A stretch of DNA of 63,452 nt, the filler included, from Stramenopiles sp. TOSAG23-2 (lineage: Eukaryota): the NCBI GenBank assembly GCA_900128395.1. It is 14 parts of 14 records of this genome, joined end to end, with 100 filler letters (N's around TTAATTAATTAA, not from the genome) between each part and the next. Parts side by side here need not be neighbours in the genome. Positions count along the whole stretch, not along the records: positions 22,775 to 27,215 come from LT650895.1; positions 27,316 to 31,755 come from LT650896.1; positions 31,856 to 36,295 come from LT650897.1; 11 more parts are not named here. One strand, given 5' to 3'. Position 1 is the first letter of the stretch; each line of letters begins with the position of its first letter. Shown piece after piece: positions 25,433 through 35,735 of this stretch. A model generated the notes under the pieces. It did no database searches and had not been told where the DNA came from. It was given only the letters and a program-made list of their open reading frames with translations. The position numbers and the translations under genes were made by a program.

Positions 25433-27115
25433 TCATTTTCTTCTTCGACTACTTTTTCTCTTCAAATTGTTATTATTATTGTCATCAAAACTACTACTAC
25501 CACCACCAGCTAATTTTAATTCACTTAATAACACTTGTAATTCTGCTTCTTTGTTTACATATGCAGTAGATGGTTCAATATAGAATCCTTTAATACTTTT
25601 TTGTCTTAAAATAATCATTTTCATATTTTCAACTTGAAATTGCAAGTCTTGAATGGCTTGCCTATTCATTTCTGATGGATTTTCAAGGTTTTGTTGCCTG
25701 GCAATTCCTAATTTTCTTTTATACATTTTTTCTTTTTGTAAATTGTCCAAAAATGATTTAATTTCAGAAGAGTTAGCAGTACGACTAAATTTAGGTCCTA
25801 ATCCACGCTCTTTCATCGATTCCAACGTTAATTTTATGTTATGTATTGCTTCTTCAATATTTTCACTTGATTTCCAACCACCTGTATCTTCACCAACTAC
25901 TATTGTTGAATTATTTTGCACATGTGTCATTCGTGAGCCAAAGCGTAAAGAACATAATGATTCCTCTACATGAGATTCATCACCAGCAACATTAATAACA
26001 ACCGAGGTACATGATTTCCCTCCAAAACTTGATTTTAATAACATAGTCAATGTACTATCGCGATATGGTACATGTTTTGAATTTCCACCCAATGCTTTAA
26101 TAACACGACCTAATGTGGACAAAGCCCCATTAATATTTAACGCTTCCTTTTGTCTCATACCATCTACTTTTGATTTTGCTATACGTTCACTACCAGCTAA
26201 ATCAACAAATAATATTTGACGTTTTGTAGATTGACCATAACTTTTTTGAACTACATGCACATGTACCAAACAATGACCACGTGATGATCGATCATTTAAT
26301 GCATGTCCTTTTGCTATACGATATGCTTCAACTTTTCTAGACAACGCAGCAACATCATTTGGTGTTTTCAATTCAATTAATTTTTCACCAACTGTTGCAA
26401 AAGAAGAATCATTATCATTTTGTTGTTGTCTTTTATTTCTTGTTGTTGTTGGTAATGCGTTATGAGAAGAACTTATTCTTTTTGACGATGATTTTGCTGC
26501 ATTTCTACGCTCTTCTAATTTCTTCTTGAATTCTTCCCTTTGTCGTTGTTGTTCTTTATACCTATCCATTCCTGGATATCCTCTTCCACCTGAATTCTTT
26601 GCAATCCCTTTAGATCCTTTGTCTACCCGCATTGCCATTGCAACACGTGATTTACCAACTTTCAAATTTTTTCTATCGTTTAAAAGATCATAAGCATGGT
26701 CTTGATAGATTTCGATTACGCTTGCAAACATACTTCCAAGACCAGGTTGTTGTAATAATGTTAACATTGTTCGTGGAAATATACCCCATTGTTCAGGCGC
26801 TTGTCCTGTACCAACAGTTGTTAAGGATCTTTCAGTTAAACTACCAGGTGGTCCAAACATTGTATGTGTCTTACCCGAACCCGTTTGACCATAAGCTAAT
26901 AACGTTACGGAATATCCTTCATCCAATTTATTTAATAATCTTTTTGCTATTGCATTATATGCTATTGTTTGATTAGAGCCACATATTACCGCTTTAGGAT
27001 ATGAAAATTGTTTACCACCAACTTGGACTTTATTGTTATTGACATTTACAGCACTTCGATCTGTTCCAGTTGGTTTTATACGAACAGATACATCAATATA
27101 ATGTTGTCTTGACAT
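25433..27115 (-). CDS. Kinesin motor protein
   Basis: AYGQTGSGKTHT P-loop, NDRSSRGH switch I, VDLAGSER switch II, HVPYRDSTLT. Confidence 0.95.
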   Translation of the reverse strand: MSRQHYIDVSVRIKPTGTDRSAVNVNNNKVQVGGKQFSYPKAVICGSNQTIAYNAIAKRLLNKLDEGYSVTLLAYGQTGSGKTHTMFGPPGSLTERSLTTVGTGQAPEQWGIFPRTMLTLLQQPGLGSMFASVIEIYQDHAYDLLNDRKNLKVGKSRVAMAMRVDKGSKGIAKNSGGRGYPGMDRYKEQQRQREEFKKKLEERRNAAKSSSKRISSSHNALPTTTRNKRQQQNDNDSSFATVGEKLIELKTPNDVAALSRKVEAYRIAKGHALNDRSSRGHCLVHVHVVQKSYGQSTKRQILFVDLAGSERIAKSKVDGMRQKEALNINGALSTLGRVIKALGGNSKHVPYRDSTLTMLLKSSFGGKSCTSVVINVAGDESHVEESLCSLRFGSRMTHVQNNSTIVVGEDTGGWKSSENIEEAIHNIKLTLESMKERGLGPKFSRTANSSEIKSFLDNLQKEKMYKRKLGIARQQNLENPSEMNRQAIQDLQFQVENMKMIILRQKSIKGFYIEPSTAYVNKEAELQVLLSELKLAGGGSSSFDDNNNNNLKRKSSRRRK

Positions 27116-27316
27116 TATATATTACAATTATTTAACACCAAAAAATAAATAAATATACATAAATAAATAAAAATGCCGGCACAAAAAAAAAAAAAACAAA
27201 ACTGCCAATAAAGCANNNNNNNNNNNNNNNNNNNNNNNNNNNNNNNNNNNNNNNNNNNNTTAATTAATTAANNNNNNNNNNNNNNNNNNNNNNNNNNNNN
27301 NNNNNNNNNNNNNNNT

Positions 27317-30300
27317 GCTGCAGACTTAGAACAAGGTTTTGTTCAAGCATTTGCATCTGAAAGAACGGAAGACATAATCAAAACTTCTCGCAGTTTATCT
27401 ATTTGTGGGCATGGTCAATACGTAGATATTCCTTGTGATGCCGGCAGAACTTTTGATTTGTCAATGGAAGTTAATTTGGGATACGAAAATTCTCTTTGCA
27501 AGATTACATTTAAAACTTCGGAACCTTCATTAACTGGTATATCATTTGTAGTCAATATTGCTGATGCGGATCAATTGTGGCATAATGTTTATAACTCTTC
27601 CAATCATGAACACACTTGTTTATCTATTGGTGATGAACATACTATAACATTTAAAGGCGTTATGAAAGCTCAATACGTCCATTTCCACATATTGAAATCA
27701 TGTTTAGCGACCCCTGCGTTTTATGACATACATGTTTATGGCACAAATGTTTTCTATGATACAACCGTGACGTGGTCTAAAACATTGAAAAAAATTCATC
27801 CAGCTCGAGTTCGTTCATCTTGTTACGGAAAGAAGGAATCCGTAGTTCTTGATAATGGTATTGAGATGAAGTGTGATTATCCCGATGAAAAAATTGGAGT
27901 TGGTATCTCATCAATTAAATGCGATGAGCTACCAGGCGTCTCTACTTGTTTAAATTCACACAAATCAACTGATGATAATACTTGTAAAAACTTTGGACTT
28001 GACATGATTATACCGAGGAGCGAAAATCATTGGCACAAATTAAAAACTAGGTATCCGTCCAGCCCACGAAATTATTTCGGTGTAATACCTGGAATTATGA
28101 AGCCCTCAGACAAGGGATATGTCTCTGATGCGCCGATGAATAGTGATTTCCGAGGTAATGGTGATTTTCAATCTATAGATGGTGGTCCGTGGTGGTTACG
28201 GGACACATCTCACAACGCGCCTGATGGGGATTATACCGCGCATTGCTGGTTGCATGGCAATCCATTTTCAAACCCGATAACATTTAATGATCATTGGTGT
28301 AACTATGGCTCCAGTTGGTATATTTGTTCGACAAACGAAATGAGTTCGTATAATCTTCAAGCATATAAAGTGATTGATCCAATGACATACGATGCTCACG
28401 CACAAATTGTTCTTGATAAAGTTCCTAGTCGAATATTTGAAGGCAACAGCCTAAACTATTCGCCAGGAACTGCAGAGGCTACAGAAAAGAATGACATATC
28501 ATTTGGATTTTTTAGCAACAAGAGTTACAAAGTGCCTAAACCATATATGTTTTCAGATTATTTAGATGCTAAAAACGTATTATTAAACTTTTCCAGTATA
28601 CGCAATTATCCAAGAATTATGGAAGGCTACTTAAATAGCATTATGTTTAATGCAACCAGTAACATAAACGGATCAAATTTCAACTCGTCGTTGGGATCCC
28701 CCATCTTCTATAATTTTACAAATGCGTCTTACGTTTCTTATAATGCAACAAATATTGCTTCACTAAATGGGTCAAATTCAACGGATATTACGACAAATTA
28801 TACATTAGCTTCAGTATTTGCAAAAAGCGACTTATTTAGTAACAACAGTGTGTTTTCATATACATTTTCTTTACTTGAGCATTACAGAAATGAATTGATT
28901 CTAATACCAGAAGTAATTGGATTTAGTGTTCCAATGGTAGTACCAGTCAATGGTTTGCTGATGGGATTATCGTATGATATAACAAATGAAACTGACATAA
29001 GAGTAGTGTATGGTGCAGGACTGAGAAACAATTCGTTGTGGGTAATAGAAAACATGCAAACTAGAGATTTTGGCAGCAAATATGATGCTGGCGATGAATT
29101 TCGATTACATATTCAAAAAGATGGTACTGTTGACTACTTTTTGAATGAAGACCTGCTGTATTCCAGTAAATCCCATATTGAAAATGAATACAAATTGTTT
29201 GTAAGTATGCGTCAACAAAACATTGTGGGCCCAGCAAGAATAAGATACTTCAGCTCCAAATCTTTCCGAAAGGAACCATGCAACTCAAATAATTTTTACT
29301 CTCGTGATTGGGTATCCATTTATGACGAAACAATGCAAGAAGCCGCATTTGATGCAAACAGGTGGACAAATAATAAAACGCAACAAATATCAGCCCACAC
29401 ATTGGCTCATGGGATATTTTTGTTTTCTGATCCACAATCAATGAACGTGCGTCGATCGTTCTTGTCACTTCCCCCGCATATCAAAATCCGTGTTGCGTTT
29501 ACTTTTCACACTTTGAAACAAAGAAGCAATACATTGAGCCTATTTTTAGATAATCAAAAGGCAATAGTAGAACGAATGTATGATCATTTGGGAGAAAACT
29601 GCGAAGATGAAGGTTGGGAAAGTGATGTGAATTCTTCTTACTGCAGTATTCAGATCAACACGACAGTGTGGCATGCGGGTAAATCTGCCACTTTTAGCAT
29701 AAATGCCAGCAACGTTGGGGGATTTGGATTTTCAAATTTTTCGTTTGACGTCTTTTCAGTACCGGATACGTGTAAGGATGAGTGTGAGCAACCTGGTGGA
29801 TCAGGAGAAACGTGCCTTGATCGATGCGGTGTGCCAAATGGATCAAATGATTGCGTCGGGTGTGCTGGTTACGCAAACTCTAATCGTGATATTTGTACCA
29901 AGTGGACTATGAATTTAAACACTGGTACATTACATGCTTTATATTACGGTCGCAACGCAACGCATAAGGACTACAGTGCAGTAACATCAAATGATTTAAA
30001 CGCTTGTGAAGTAAGCCTTGGAGATCATACGCTAGGCAATAATATAGTAAAGTCAGCATCTGCAATACCAGTTGTAAATGGTTCTGGTAACTTCAAGATA
30101 CCGATGGAAAATTGGACCCAAGTTTATTCAATGGGATATTTTGATAAAGAAGATTTTGATTTAGGCCGGGAGCATATAAATTATTTATTCAGCAGGTCGG
30201 CAAATTTAATCATAAAACGCTTATGTCAAAACTGTGCAGACTCTCACCGAGAAATTTACTATAGGTATTTTGCCAATCCAAGCAAAATTGATTTGTATGA

Positions 30301-31750
30301 AGAATTGATGTATAAATGGATGGGGACATCACAATTAAGAGATAAATCATATACTAACCAAGAACAACGTCAGTATTTCTCATTTAATTTGTATTCAACA
30401 TATTTGGAAGCATATTTAGATACTAATGCATGGAATGCCTGCTCAGGTGGAAAACGACACATTGGCTTCCCTGGCTTTTGTGGCAAAACAGAACCAAGCA
30501 TCTCGCAATGGACAGAAGCAAGCGCTACGCGTGGTGGTGTCTCGTACTATGTTGATAATGTAATTGAACCGACGACAAAGTTGTACATATATGATAATAA
30601 CGACTTCACAGAGTTTTTTGCTGAACCAGTCGAAATGATGAACAAAACTGTAACAAGCTATGCAGGCGTAAGATTTGATAATATAATTGGTTTATCAATT
30701 GTTAATTCAGTCTTTATATACCACAAAGGAGGTACAAATTCATACGATATGACGATCATTTTATGTGAACATGTGCGTTCGGGCTATAGTCTTATTCCAA
30801 TGCATTCCATCTCTGTTAATACACAATCATTTACAATCGGATGGAACAAAATAATTGTCAACTGGGAAGTTGATAATGCATATGAAATCTCGTACATTAT
30901 AGCACATTCATTTTCGGACAGGGATACTTACATGGCTTCACGAGATCCATCGATAAGCAATAGCAATAGTTATTATGGATTTACAAACACGTCAACGGAT
31001 GAGCTGCTTCGATGGACCAATGATGCAGCAGATATTACAGGAGGCTGGGGAATACGAGCGAATATTACTTATTTTGACTACATTGCCATTACTCCGTCAA
31101 CAATTGATTCATATCCTGGTATAGACTTCCCATTCAAAATTGACATTCAGTCGTATCCGACTGTAGATTTTGAGTTATACGAACATCGTCGAAGCAACAT
31201 TGTTGAAATTACACGGAATGGCCTTGCACCACTCTATATTCGATCTTTAAATGAAGAAGTGTGTCATACAACTCCAAAGAATATTAGCGCAATGAAAAAT
31301 GATACGATGTTTCCGACTATAATTTCTACATTTATGGATTTATCAAATGGAAATGTTCATGTTGTATTCAATGAAAATCTAACATGTCCATCAATACAAA
31401 CCCAGATAAACGCGACGTTTTTCATTGGGAAAATGTATTTTGAACAATATTTTGTACATAGCGACAAAGAAGTAACTCTGTATAATTTCATCTGCATTGA
31501 AAATGAATTTATTTTCTCTTTAGAAGAAAGTATAAGAAACCTTGCAATAGAAGCAAGTATGAACCATAAAGATTTTCATCCACCACCACCATTACTTTTA
31601 CTAAATCGTTCTTTGGTGGTCGACATTGCTTTAAACAAGAGGATTGGTAATTGTACTCGTTATATACCAGTTACATGGCAAACAGCAAAATCTGTGGAAG
31701 ATAAAAAAAGTTGGAAATGCTCTAATCTGCCAATTAAAAACCAAACTTAG
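27317..31750 (+). CDS. Very large Cys- and N-glycosylation-site-rich extracellular protein (5'-truncated)
   Basis: >1430-aa uninterrupted frame with many NxS/T sites, a C-type-lectin-like segment (WWLRD...PDGDYTAHCWL...FNDHWC...YICS) and a Cys repeat (CLDRCGVPNGSNDCVGC). Confidence 0.75.
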   Translation, partial: AADLEQGFVQAFASERTEDIIKTSRSLSICGHGQYVDIPCDAGRTFDLSMEVNLGYENSLCKITFKTSEPSLTGISFVVNIADADQLWHNVYNSSNHEHTCLSIGDEHTITFKGVMKAQYVHFHILKSCLATPAFYDIHVYGTNVFYDTTVTWSKTLKKIHPARVRSSCYGKKESVVLDNGIEMKCDYPDEKIGVGISSIKCDELPGVSTCLNSHKSTDDNTCKNFGLDMIIPRSENHWHKLKTRYPSSPRNYFGVIPGIMKPSDKGYVSDAPMNSDFRGNGDFQSIDGGPWWLRDTSHNAPDGDYTAHCWLHGNPFSNPITFNDHWCNYGSSWYICSTNEMSSYNLQAYKVIDPMTYDAHAQIVLDKVPSRIFEGNSLNYSPGTAEATEKNDISFGFFSNKSYKVPKPYMFSDYLDAKNVLLNFSSIRNYPRIMEGYLNSIMFNATSNINGSNFNSSLGSPIFYNFTNASYVSYNATNIASLNGSNSTDITTNYTLASVFAKSDLFSNNSVFSYTFSLLEHYRNELILIPEVIGFSVPMVVPVNGLLMGLSYDITNETDIRVVYGAGLRNNSLWVIENMQTRDFGSKYDAGDEFRLHIQKDGTVDYFLNEDLLYSSKSHIENEYKLFVSMRQQNIVGPARIRYFSSKSFRKEPCNSNNFYSRDWVSIYDETMQEAAFDANRWTNNKTQQISAHTLAHGIFLFSDPQSMNVRRSFLSLPPHIKIRVAFTFHTLKQRSNTLSLFLDNQKAIVERMYDHLGENCEDEGWESDVNSSYCSIQINTTVWHAGKSATFSINASNVGGFGFSNFSFDVFSVPDTCKDECEQPGGSGETCLDRCGVPNGSNDCVGCAGYANSNRDICTKWTMNLNTGTLHALYYGRNATHKDYSAVTSNDLNACEVSLGDHTLGNNIVKSASAIPVVNGSGNFKIPMENWTQVYSMGYFDKEDFDLGREHINYLFSRSANLIIKRLCQNCADSHREIYYRYFANPSKIDLYEELMYKWMGTSQLRDKSYTNQEQRQYFSFNLYSTYLEAYLDTNAWNACSGGKRHIGFPGFCGKTEPSISQWTEASATRGGVSYYVDNVIEPTTKLYIYDNNDFTEFFAEPVEMMNKTVTSYAGVRFDNIIGLSIVNSVFIYHKGGTNSYDMTIILCEHVRSGYSLIPMHSISVNTQSFTIGWNKIIVNWEVDNAYEISYIIAHSFSDRDTYMASRDPSISNSNSYYGFTNTSTDELLRWTNDAADITGGWGIRANITYFDYIAITPSTIDSYPGIDFPFKIDIQSYPTVDFELYEHRRSNIVEITRNGLAPLYIRSLNEEVCHTTPKNISAMKNDTMFPTIISTFMDLSNGNVHVVFNENLTCPSIQTQINATFFIGKMYFEQYFVHSDKEVTLYNFICIENEFIFSLEESIRNLAIEASMNHKDFHPPPPLLLLNRSLVVDIALNKRIGNCTRYIPVTWQTAKSVEDKKSWKCSNLPIKNQT

Positions 31751-32184
31751 TAGTANNNNNNNNNNNNNNNNNNNNNNNNNNNNNNNNNNNNNNNNNNNNT
31801 TAATTAATTAANNNNNNNNNNNNNNNNNNNNNNNNNNNNNNNNNNNNNNNNNNNNTACATACACATACAATGGCAAAATTTCAAATTTGAAGTTATTTAA
31901 TAAAATTTTATACGCACGTCAGAGATATTTTTTTCCACTTGGTTGCAAAATTTTATTAGAAGTTCTTAAAAATTGGCGGAGATATCGATGTTGGCATGGG
32001 GATGTTTTTTGTCGATTTGAGCCATAGCTTTTTATTACACGAGTATATAAAATGTAAAATTATATGTGTGGTTAAAATCTAAGTTAATACGACTAACAAA
32101 TTTTTTAGTTCCCATGTGGCAAGCTTTTTTTCATTTTATAATAATACAAAAGCGTGCCAAACTCTCAGTGTAAAATATTTTTTC

Positions 32185-32288
32185 TATTCCGTATTCCGTA
32201 TTCCGTATTCCGTATTCCGTATTCCGTATTCCGTACATATATTTACACTTGGTAGCGCTACATCCAAATTCTCTATATTCTCTCCCAA
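32185..32288 (+). repeat. Left inverted-repeat arm: (TATTCCG)x7 plus 55-nt unique segment
   Basis: The unique part 32234-32288 matches the reverse complement of 36207-36261 at 52/55 positions. Confidence 0.93.
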
Positions 32289-32495
32289 GTTTCACACACG
32301 TTCAATAAACAAACTATGCATACGGCTTAAAAAGATACGTTTTGTATATATATCTTTTTTTTAAATTTCGAAAAGTTCGTTATTTATGATATAATATCAA
32401 TGATATAGATCATTTAAATGTTAGTTATGCATATATAAAGTTTATTCTCAAAATTTAATTTAAAAAAGAAAAATGTGGTGCAAAAAATATTTTTA

Positions 32496-32675
32496 ATATG
32501 TACGATGGCTTTCCCAGGTTCTTCTCATTGACATTAAAAAGCGCCAGAATGACCACCGATCAAAACAAACAAATGTTTTTTAAGCGATATTCTTGGATAA
32601 AAGCGAAGCAACAACAGAAGTACAGGAATTTGAATGGAATCCAAATATAAACTTCATTGTGCATTAGAATATCCA
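32496..32675 (-). ncRNA. Box H/ACA snoRNA; pockets fit LSU GCGAA-U-GAUUAG (yeast Psi1004-equivalent) and UUUCCC-U-CAGGAU (yeast Psi960-equivalent)
   Basis: 5' hairpin UGGAUA/UAUCCA with guides CUAAU + UUCGCUUU and H box AGAAUA 14 nt from the pocket. 3' hairpin GGUGGU/GCCAUC with guides AUUCU + GGGAAA and ACA 14 nt from the pocket. Confidence 0.78.
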
Positions 32676-32730
32676 TAATATAATATGTAAAAAAAAAATC
32701 AGAGAAAACATGTTATCTGTATATAATGAA

Positions 32731-32806
32731 TCAGTAAATGGATTTTCTACATTGCATCATGCATATAGCTTGAGCATCAAGAAGGGGAATCCATTAGTAT
32801 CATCAA
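32731..32806 (-). ncRNA. Box C/D snoRNA, guide to LSU AAGGGGAAUCC
   Basis: UUGAUGA...CUGA; 11-nt antisense GGAUUCCCCUU (32782-32792) just upstream of D' UUGA. Confidence 0.8.
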
Positions 32807-32862
32807 TTTCATTTCTCTTTTTTTTTTCTCAAACGAAGATTATATATGTATATATGTATTAT

Positions 32863-32946
32863 TGGCTTCATCATAGTAAGTCATCACCACGATATTAGTA
32901 AGACGGGTAAACGGCTAAGTTTTTTCTATAATGATATCATCAGCCA
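32863..32946 (-). ncRNA. Box C/D snoRNA, guide to LSU CGGGUAAACGGC
   Basis: Terminal stem, box C UGAUGA, 12-nt antisense GCCGUUUACCCG (32904-32915), internal C' GUGAUGA; D boxes degenerate (CUUA, AUGA). Confidence 0.72.
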
Positions 32947-33168
32947 CGATGTGGAAATTCGATATGTATCAAGTGGATGTGTGTGTCTATTATATTCTTG
33001 TTAGTTAAAATTCATCAACGATGATTATAAATGATGTAAACATATATATATATGTCAATATAAATATGAATGTAGAAATCAAGGGAGAGATATATTTCAT
33101 GGAAAAAAAAATATATCGGCATGCTTACAGGCCTTCGAACTCCCTCCACATAATTTAATTTCTTCTAG

Positions 33169-33241
33169 CTTTATTCTTCGCTTCATCCATGGCATCTATT
33201 CATCCATAATTTGAAAGACAGACGTGGCAGAGGATCAGCGG
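33169..33241 (-). ncRNA. H/ACA-type hairpin; pocket fits LSU UGGC-U-UGUGGCAG (yeast Psi2826-equivalent)
   Basis: Stems CGCU/AGCG, AUCC/GGAU, GUCUGU/AUAGAU; guides CUGCCAC + GCCA; AGAAUA box ~16 nt from the pocket; no clear second hairpin. Confidence 0.62.
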
Positions 33242-33491
33242 TATTGTGTTTTATTTATATATATAAGTAGTTATGTATAATTAGTATTTTTTACTTACAA
33301 AAATAAACATATATGTATGCATTCCATATTCACTTACAATTGTAAACGACCTTCTTGTTGTTTAATCAACAATATCTATCCAATCTATATAGCTATACCA
33401 TAAAAAAAATATACAGTTAGTATGTTTCAATTTTAATTCATTTTTTTTTTTTGATTTCAAAAGAATATATTTATATATATAGATATATGTA

Positions 33492-33624
33492 AAATGTACG
33501 ATGGCTTTCCCAGGTTCTTCTCATTGACATTAAAAAGCGCCAGAATGACCACCAATAATATTATTAATCTTGCACAAGTGCAAAGTTTAAATATGAACTT
33601 TCATAAAAAACGATCTGTTGTGCT
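33492..33624 (-). ncRNA. Box H/ACA snoRNA; 5' pocket fits LSU GUGCAAA-U-CGAUC; 3' hairpin identical to that at 32498-32557
   Basis: GCACAA/UUGUGC lower stem, guides GAUC + UUUGCAC, H box AGAUUA 14 nt from the pocket, ACA at 33495-33497. Confidence 0.72.
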
Positions 33625-33700
33625 TCTTTTATTTTTTTATTTTTTCCATGTTTTTTTATATGCCTATTATTAAAAACAGACAAAGAATTATATCATTTAT

Positions 33701-33793
33701 TCAGTGTTAATGGATAATAAGAGCAGTTATTTTCACGTTTACCAGATAATTACTTCATGGCTCAAATGACGCGCATGATAAAATTTTCATCAT
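33701..33793 (-). ncRNA. Box C/D snoRNA, guide to LSU UGACGCGCAUGA
   Basis: AUGAUGA...CUGA; 12-nt antisense UCAUGCGCGUCA (33767-33778) before D' UUGA; the D'+5 rule points to the C of UGAC. Confidence 0.85.
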
Positions 33794-34032
33794 TATAAAT
33801 TCATAATTCTAATATATATACACATGGCATTTGATGATAATTATGATATATATATATATATATATGTATGTATGCAATTATGCTGATGTACTTACAATCG
33901 AATATCTTTCGTATATAAATATATATATACATACATGCATCATGTAAAATAAATCACAACTGTTAGTTAAATTCTCTGTTTATTAAGTGTGTGTATATAT
34001 ATATATATGTAAAATCATTATAATGATATAAA

Positions 34033-34168
34033 AACTGTTGCTGCCAATTAGACCCATTAAATGTAGTATCATTTAACAGGTGAGTATGATAGAGGCTTCA
34101 ATTATTATACCTGTCATGTATGCCAAACATTGGTGGAGTATCGACAATGCAAGGAAAGTGATGCAGGA
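34033..34168 (-). ncRNA. Box H/ACA snoRNA candidate; 3' pocket resembles LSU UUAGACCG-U-CGUGAG
   Basis: Hairpin (CCUG/CAGG, CAUUG/CAAUG), H box AUAAUA, second hairpin (GUUAAAUG/CAUUUAAU; guides CUCAC + GGUCUAA), then ACA. Confidence 0.62.
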
Positions 34169-34430
34169 TTCTTCTTGTGAAAATGATATATATGTGTGTG
34201 TGTGTAGATACGTATGTTATCGTTTTAAAACTTACCATATAATGTATGTATCTCGGTTCCTTTTTATCAAATAATATTATTATTGACTTTGCCTTATACC
34301 ATATTATTCAGTTTATCCTATAGCATATCATTCTTTTCTTTATATGTATATGTATAATGTTAGTGATTTCAATTCGTATATTGCATTGTTCAAATGTAGA
34401 AATGTGTGTATATATATATAAAAGTATTAT

Positions 34431-34566
34431 AAATGTAGAGACTCCATTGGATTGATCTTCATGTTGTTTCTGAAGCCAACCCACCCATAAGAGTACTCGT
34501 TATTCTTGTCTAACTATTGACCAAAAAAGTAATAAGAAGTGAACCTTCTCGGCTTCGAAGTTGACG
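34431..34566 (-). ncRNA. Box H/ACA snoRNA; 3' pocket fits LSU GUUGGAUUG-UU-CACCCA (yeast Psi2944 region)
   Basis: Hairpin, AGAAUA box, second hairpin with guides UGGGUG + CAAUCCAAUG, then ACA at 34434-34436. Confidence 0.72.
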
Positions 34567-34664
34567 TGATTTACTATATATACATAAATCATGCATAATA
34601 AAGTGTATATATATATATGTGTGTGTGTGTGTTTGCATTGTTATTATTATTACAACAATTATTA

Positions 34665-34748
34665 TCAGTTCGGCGTCTAAACCGTTCAACGGTATAATAT
34701 CGCTACTATACCTCGTACAAGAGGTGTCAGAATTTACGCGTTCATCAT
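34665..34748 (-). ncRNA. Box C/D snoRNA, guide to LSU AGAGGUGUCAGAA (snR48-type target region)
   Basis: Terminal AUUAU/AUAAU stem, AUGAUGA...CUGA, 13-nt antisense UUCUGACACCUCU (34720-34732). Confidence 0.82.
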
Positions 34749-34853
34749 ATAATTATGTATGTGTATAATATTTTTTTTTTGTGCAAAAGAAAAGAAAGTT
34801 ACATATATTCATTCCATCAACCAAATAATGAAACAAAAAAAAAAACAAAGAGA

Positions 34854-34922
34854 TCAGTATCTTGTGGTAATATCATGCTGTTTTTAGCAGCTCTAGAACA
34901 CGGACCAAGAATAGATCATCAT
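34854..34922 (-). ncRNA. Box C/D snoRNA, U18-like (LSU AACACGGACCAAG; yeast Am649-equivalent)
   Basis: AUGAUGA...CUGA; 13-nt antisense CUUGGUCCGUGUU (34897-34909) before D' UAGA; GCUG/CAGC stem between D' and C'. Confidence 0.85.
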
Positions 34923-35194
34923 ATCGCTTTCATTTTTTTTTTTTAAATTATCATCGTTATTATTATTATTTGTTGTTCTTGTTATGAATATATACGTACA
35001 AAAATATTCTCATAACGGATCTTGGTTATGTCTACTGTAATCCTCATTGTTCTCAAAAATGTTTCCACTTTATATAAACTAAGATTTCAGCGATGGATTT
35101 CTTAATCATTGAATATTTCTTTCATTTTAATTTTTTTTGTGACAAAAAGAGATAGATATGTAGGAGGAAAGATTCATATATATTTTTCTAAAAA

Positions 35195-35268
35195 TCAGTT
35201 TCAACTATTTATGCATCATTATGTTACTTATGTCCCGAAAGATGGTTAATTAAAGTAGATATCATCAT
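35195..35268 (-). ncRNA. Box C/D snoRNA, guide to LSU CCCGAAAGAUGGU (yeast Gm805/Am807 region)
   Basis: AUGAUGA...CUGA; 13-nt antisense ACCAUCUUUCGGG (35234-35246); internal C' AUGAUG. Confidence 0.85.
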
Positions 35269-35502
35269 CTTTTATTCAAAAATATATATGGCGGCGGATG
35301 GGTATATATATATACATAGTATGTTTCAGTATGTAATACTTACTCTTTATATTGTTTTTACAAATGTAAAATGACTTTTGCTTTTTTTTTTTTATCTTGC
35401 GTACGTATGTGATAATTAAAACTATAACATATGTTAGATGGTTGTTATATTTTGTGTGTGTGTGTGTAAAAGTATTGAAAAGATATATATATATATATAT
35501 AC

Positions 35503-35640
35503 AGATGTTGAAGTTGCCACCAAGAAAATTCTATTAAAATCCAATTCGGCAGCTCACGAAGAGGCCAATTTTTCATTTTTAAAACCTTCAAACTATTGCA
35601 AACATAAACATTATTCTAGCGTTTTTTAAAAAATGATCAT
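35503..35640 (-). ncRNA. Weak H/ACA-like two-hairpin candidate
   Basis: Two hairpins (CAUUUUUAAAA/UUUUAAAAAUG; UGCC/GGCA) followed by ACA; no clean H box and no target recognised. Confidence 0.35.
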
Positions 35641-35735
35641 TATACTTTGTAATATATAAATATAATGTAGATACCAAACGCTGTGGTGGTTGTTATATAT
35701 TGAAGAAAAGAAATAAAGAAAAAAGAAAAAAAAAC

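Noticed and set aside
32116-32364. ORF with FRIPYSV repeats
   Set aside because: Translation of the (TATTCCG)n array; not a credible gene.
34222-34332. Additional H/ACA-like hairpin ending in ACA
   Set aside because: AT-rich stem, no convincing H box or target, and it overlaps a putative splice donor; too weak to call.
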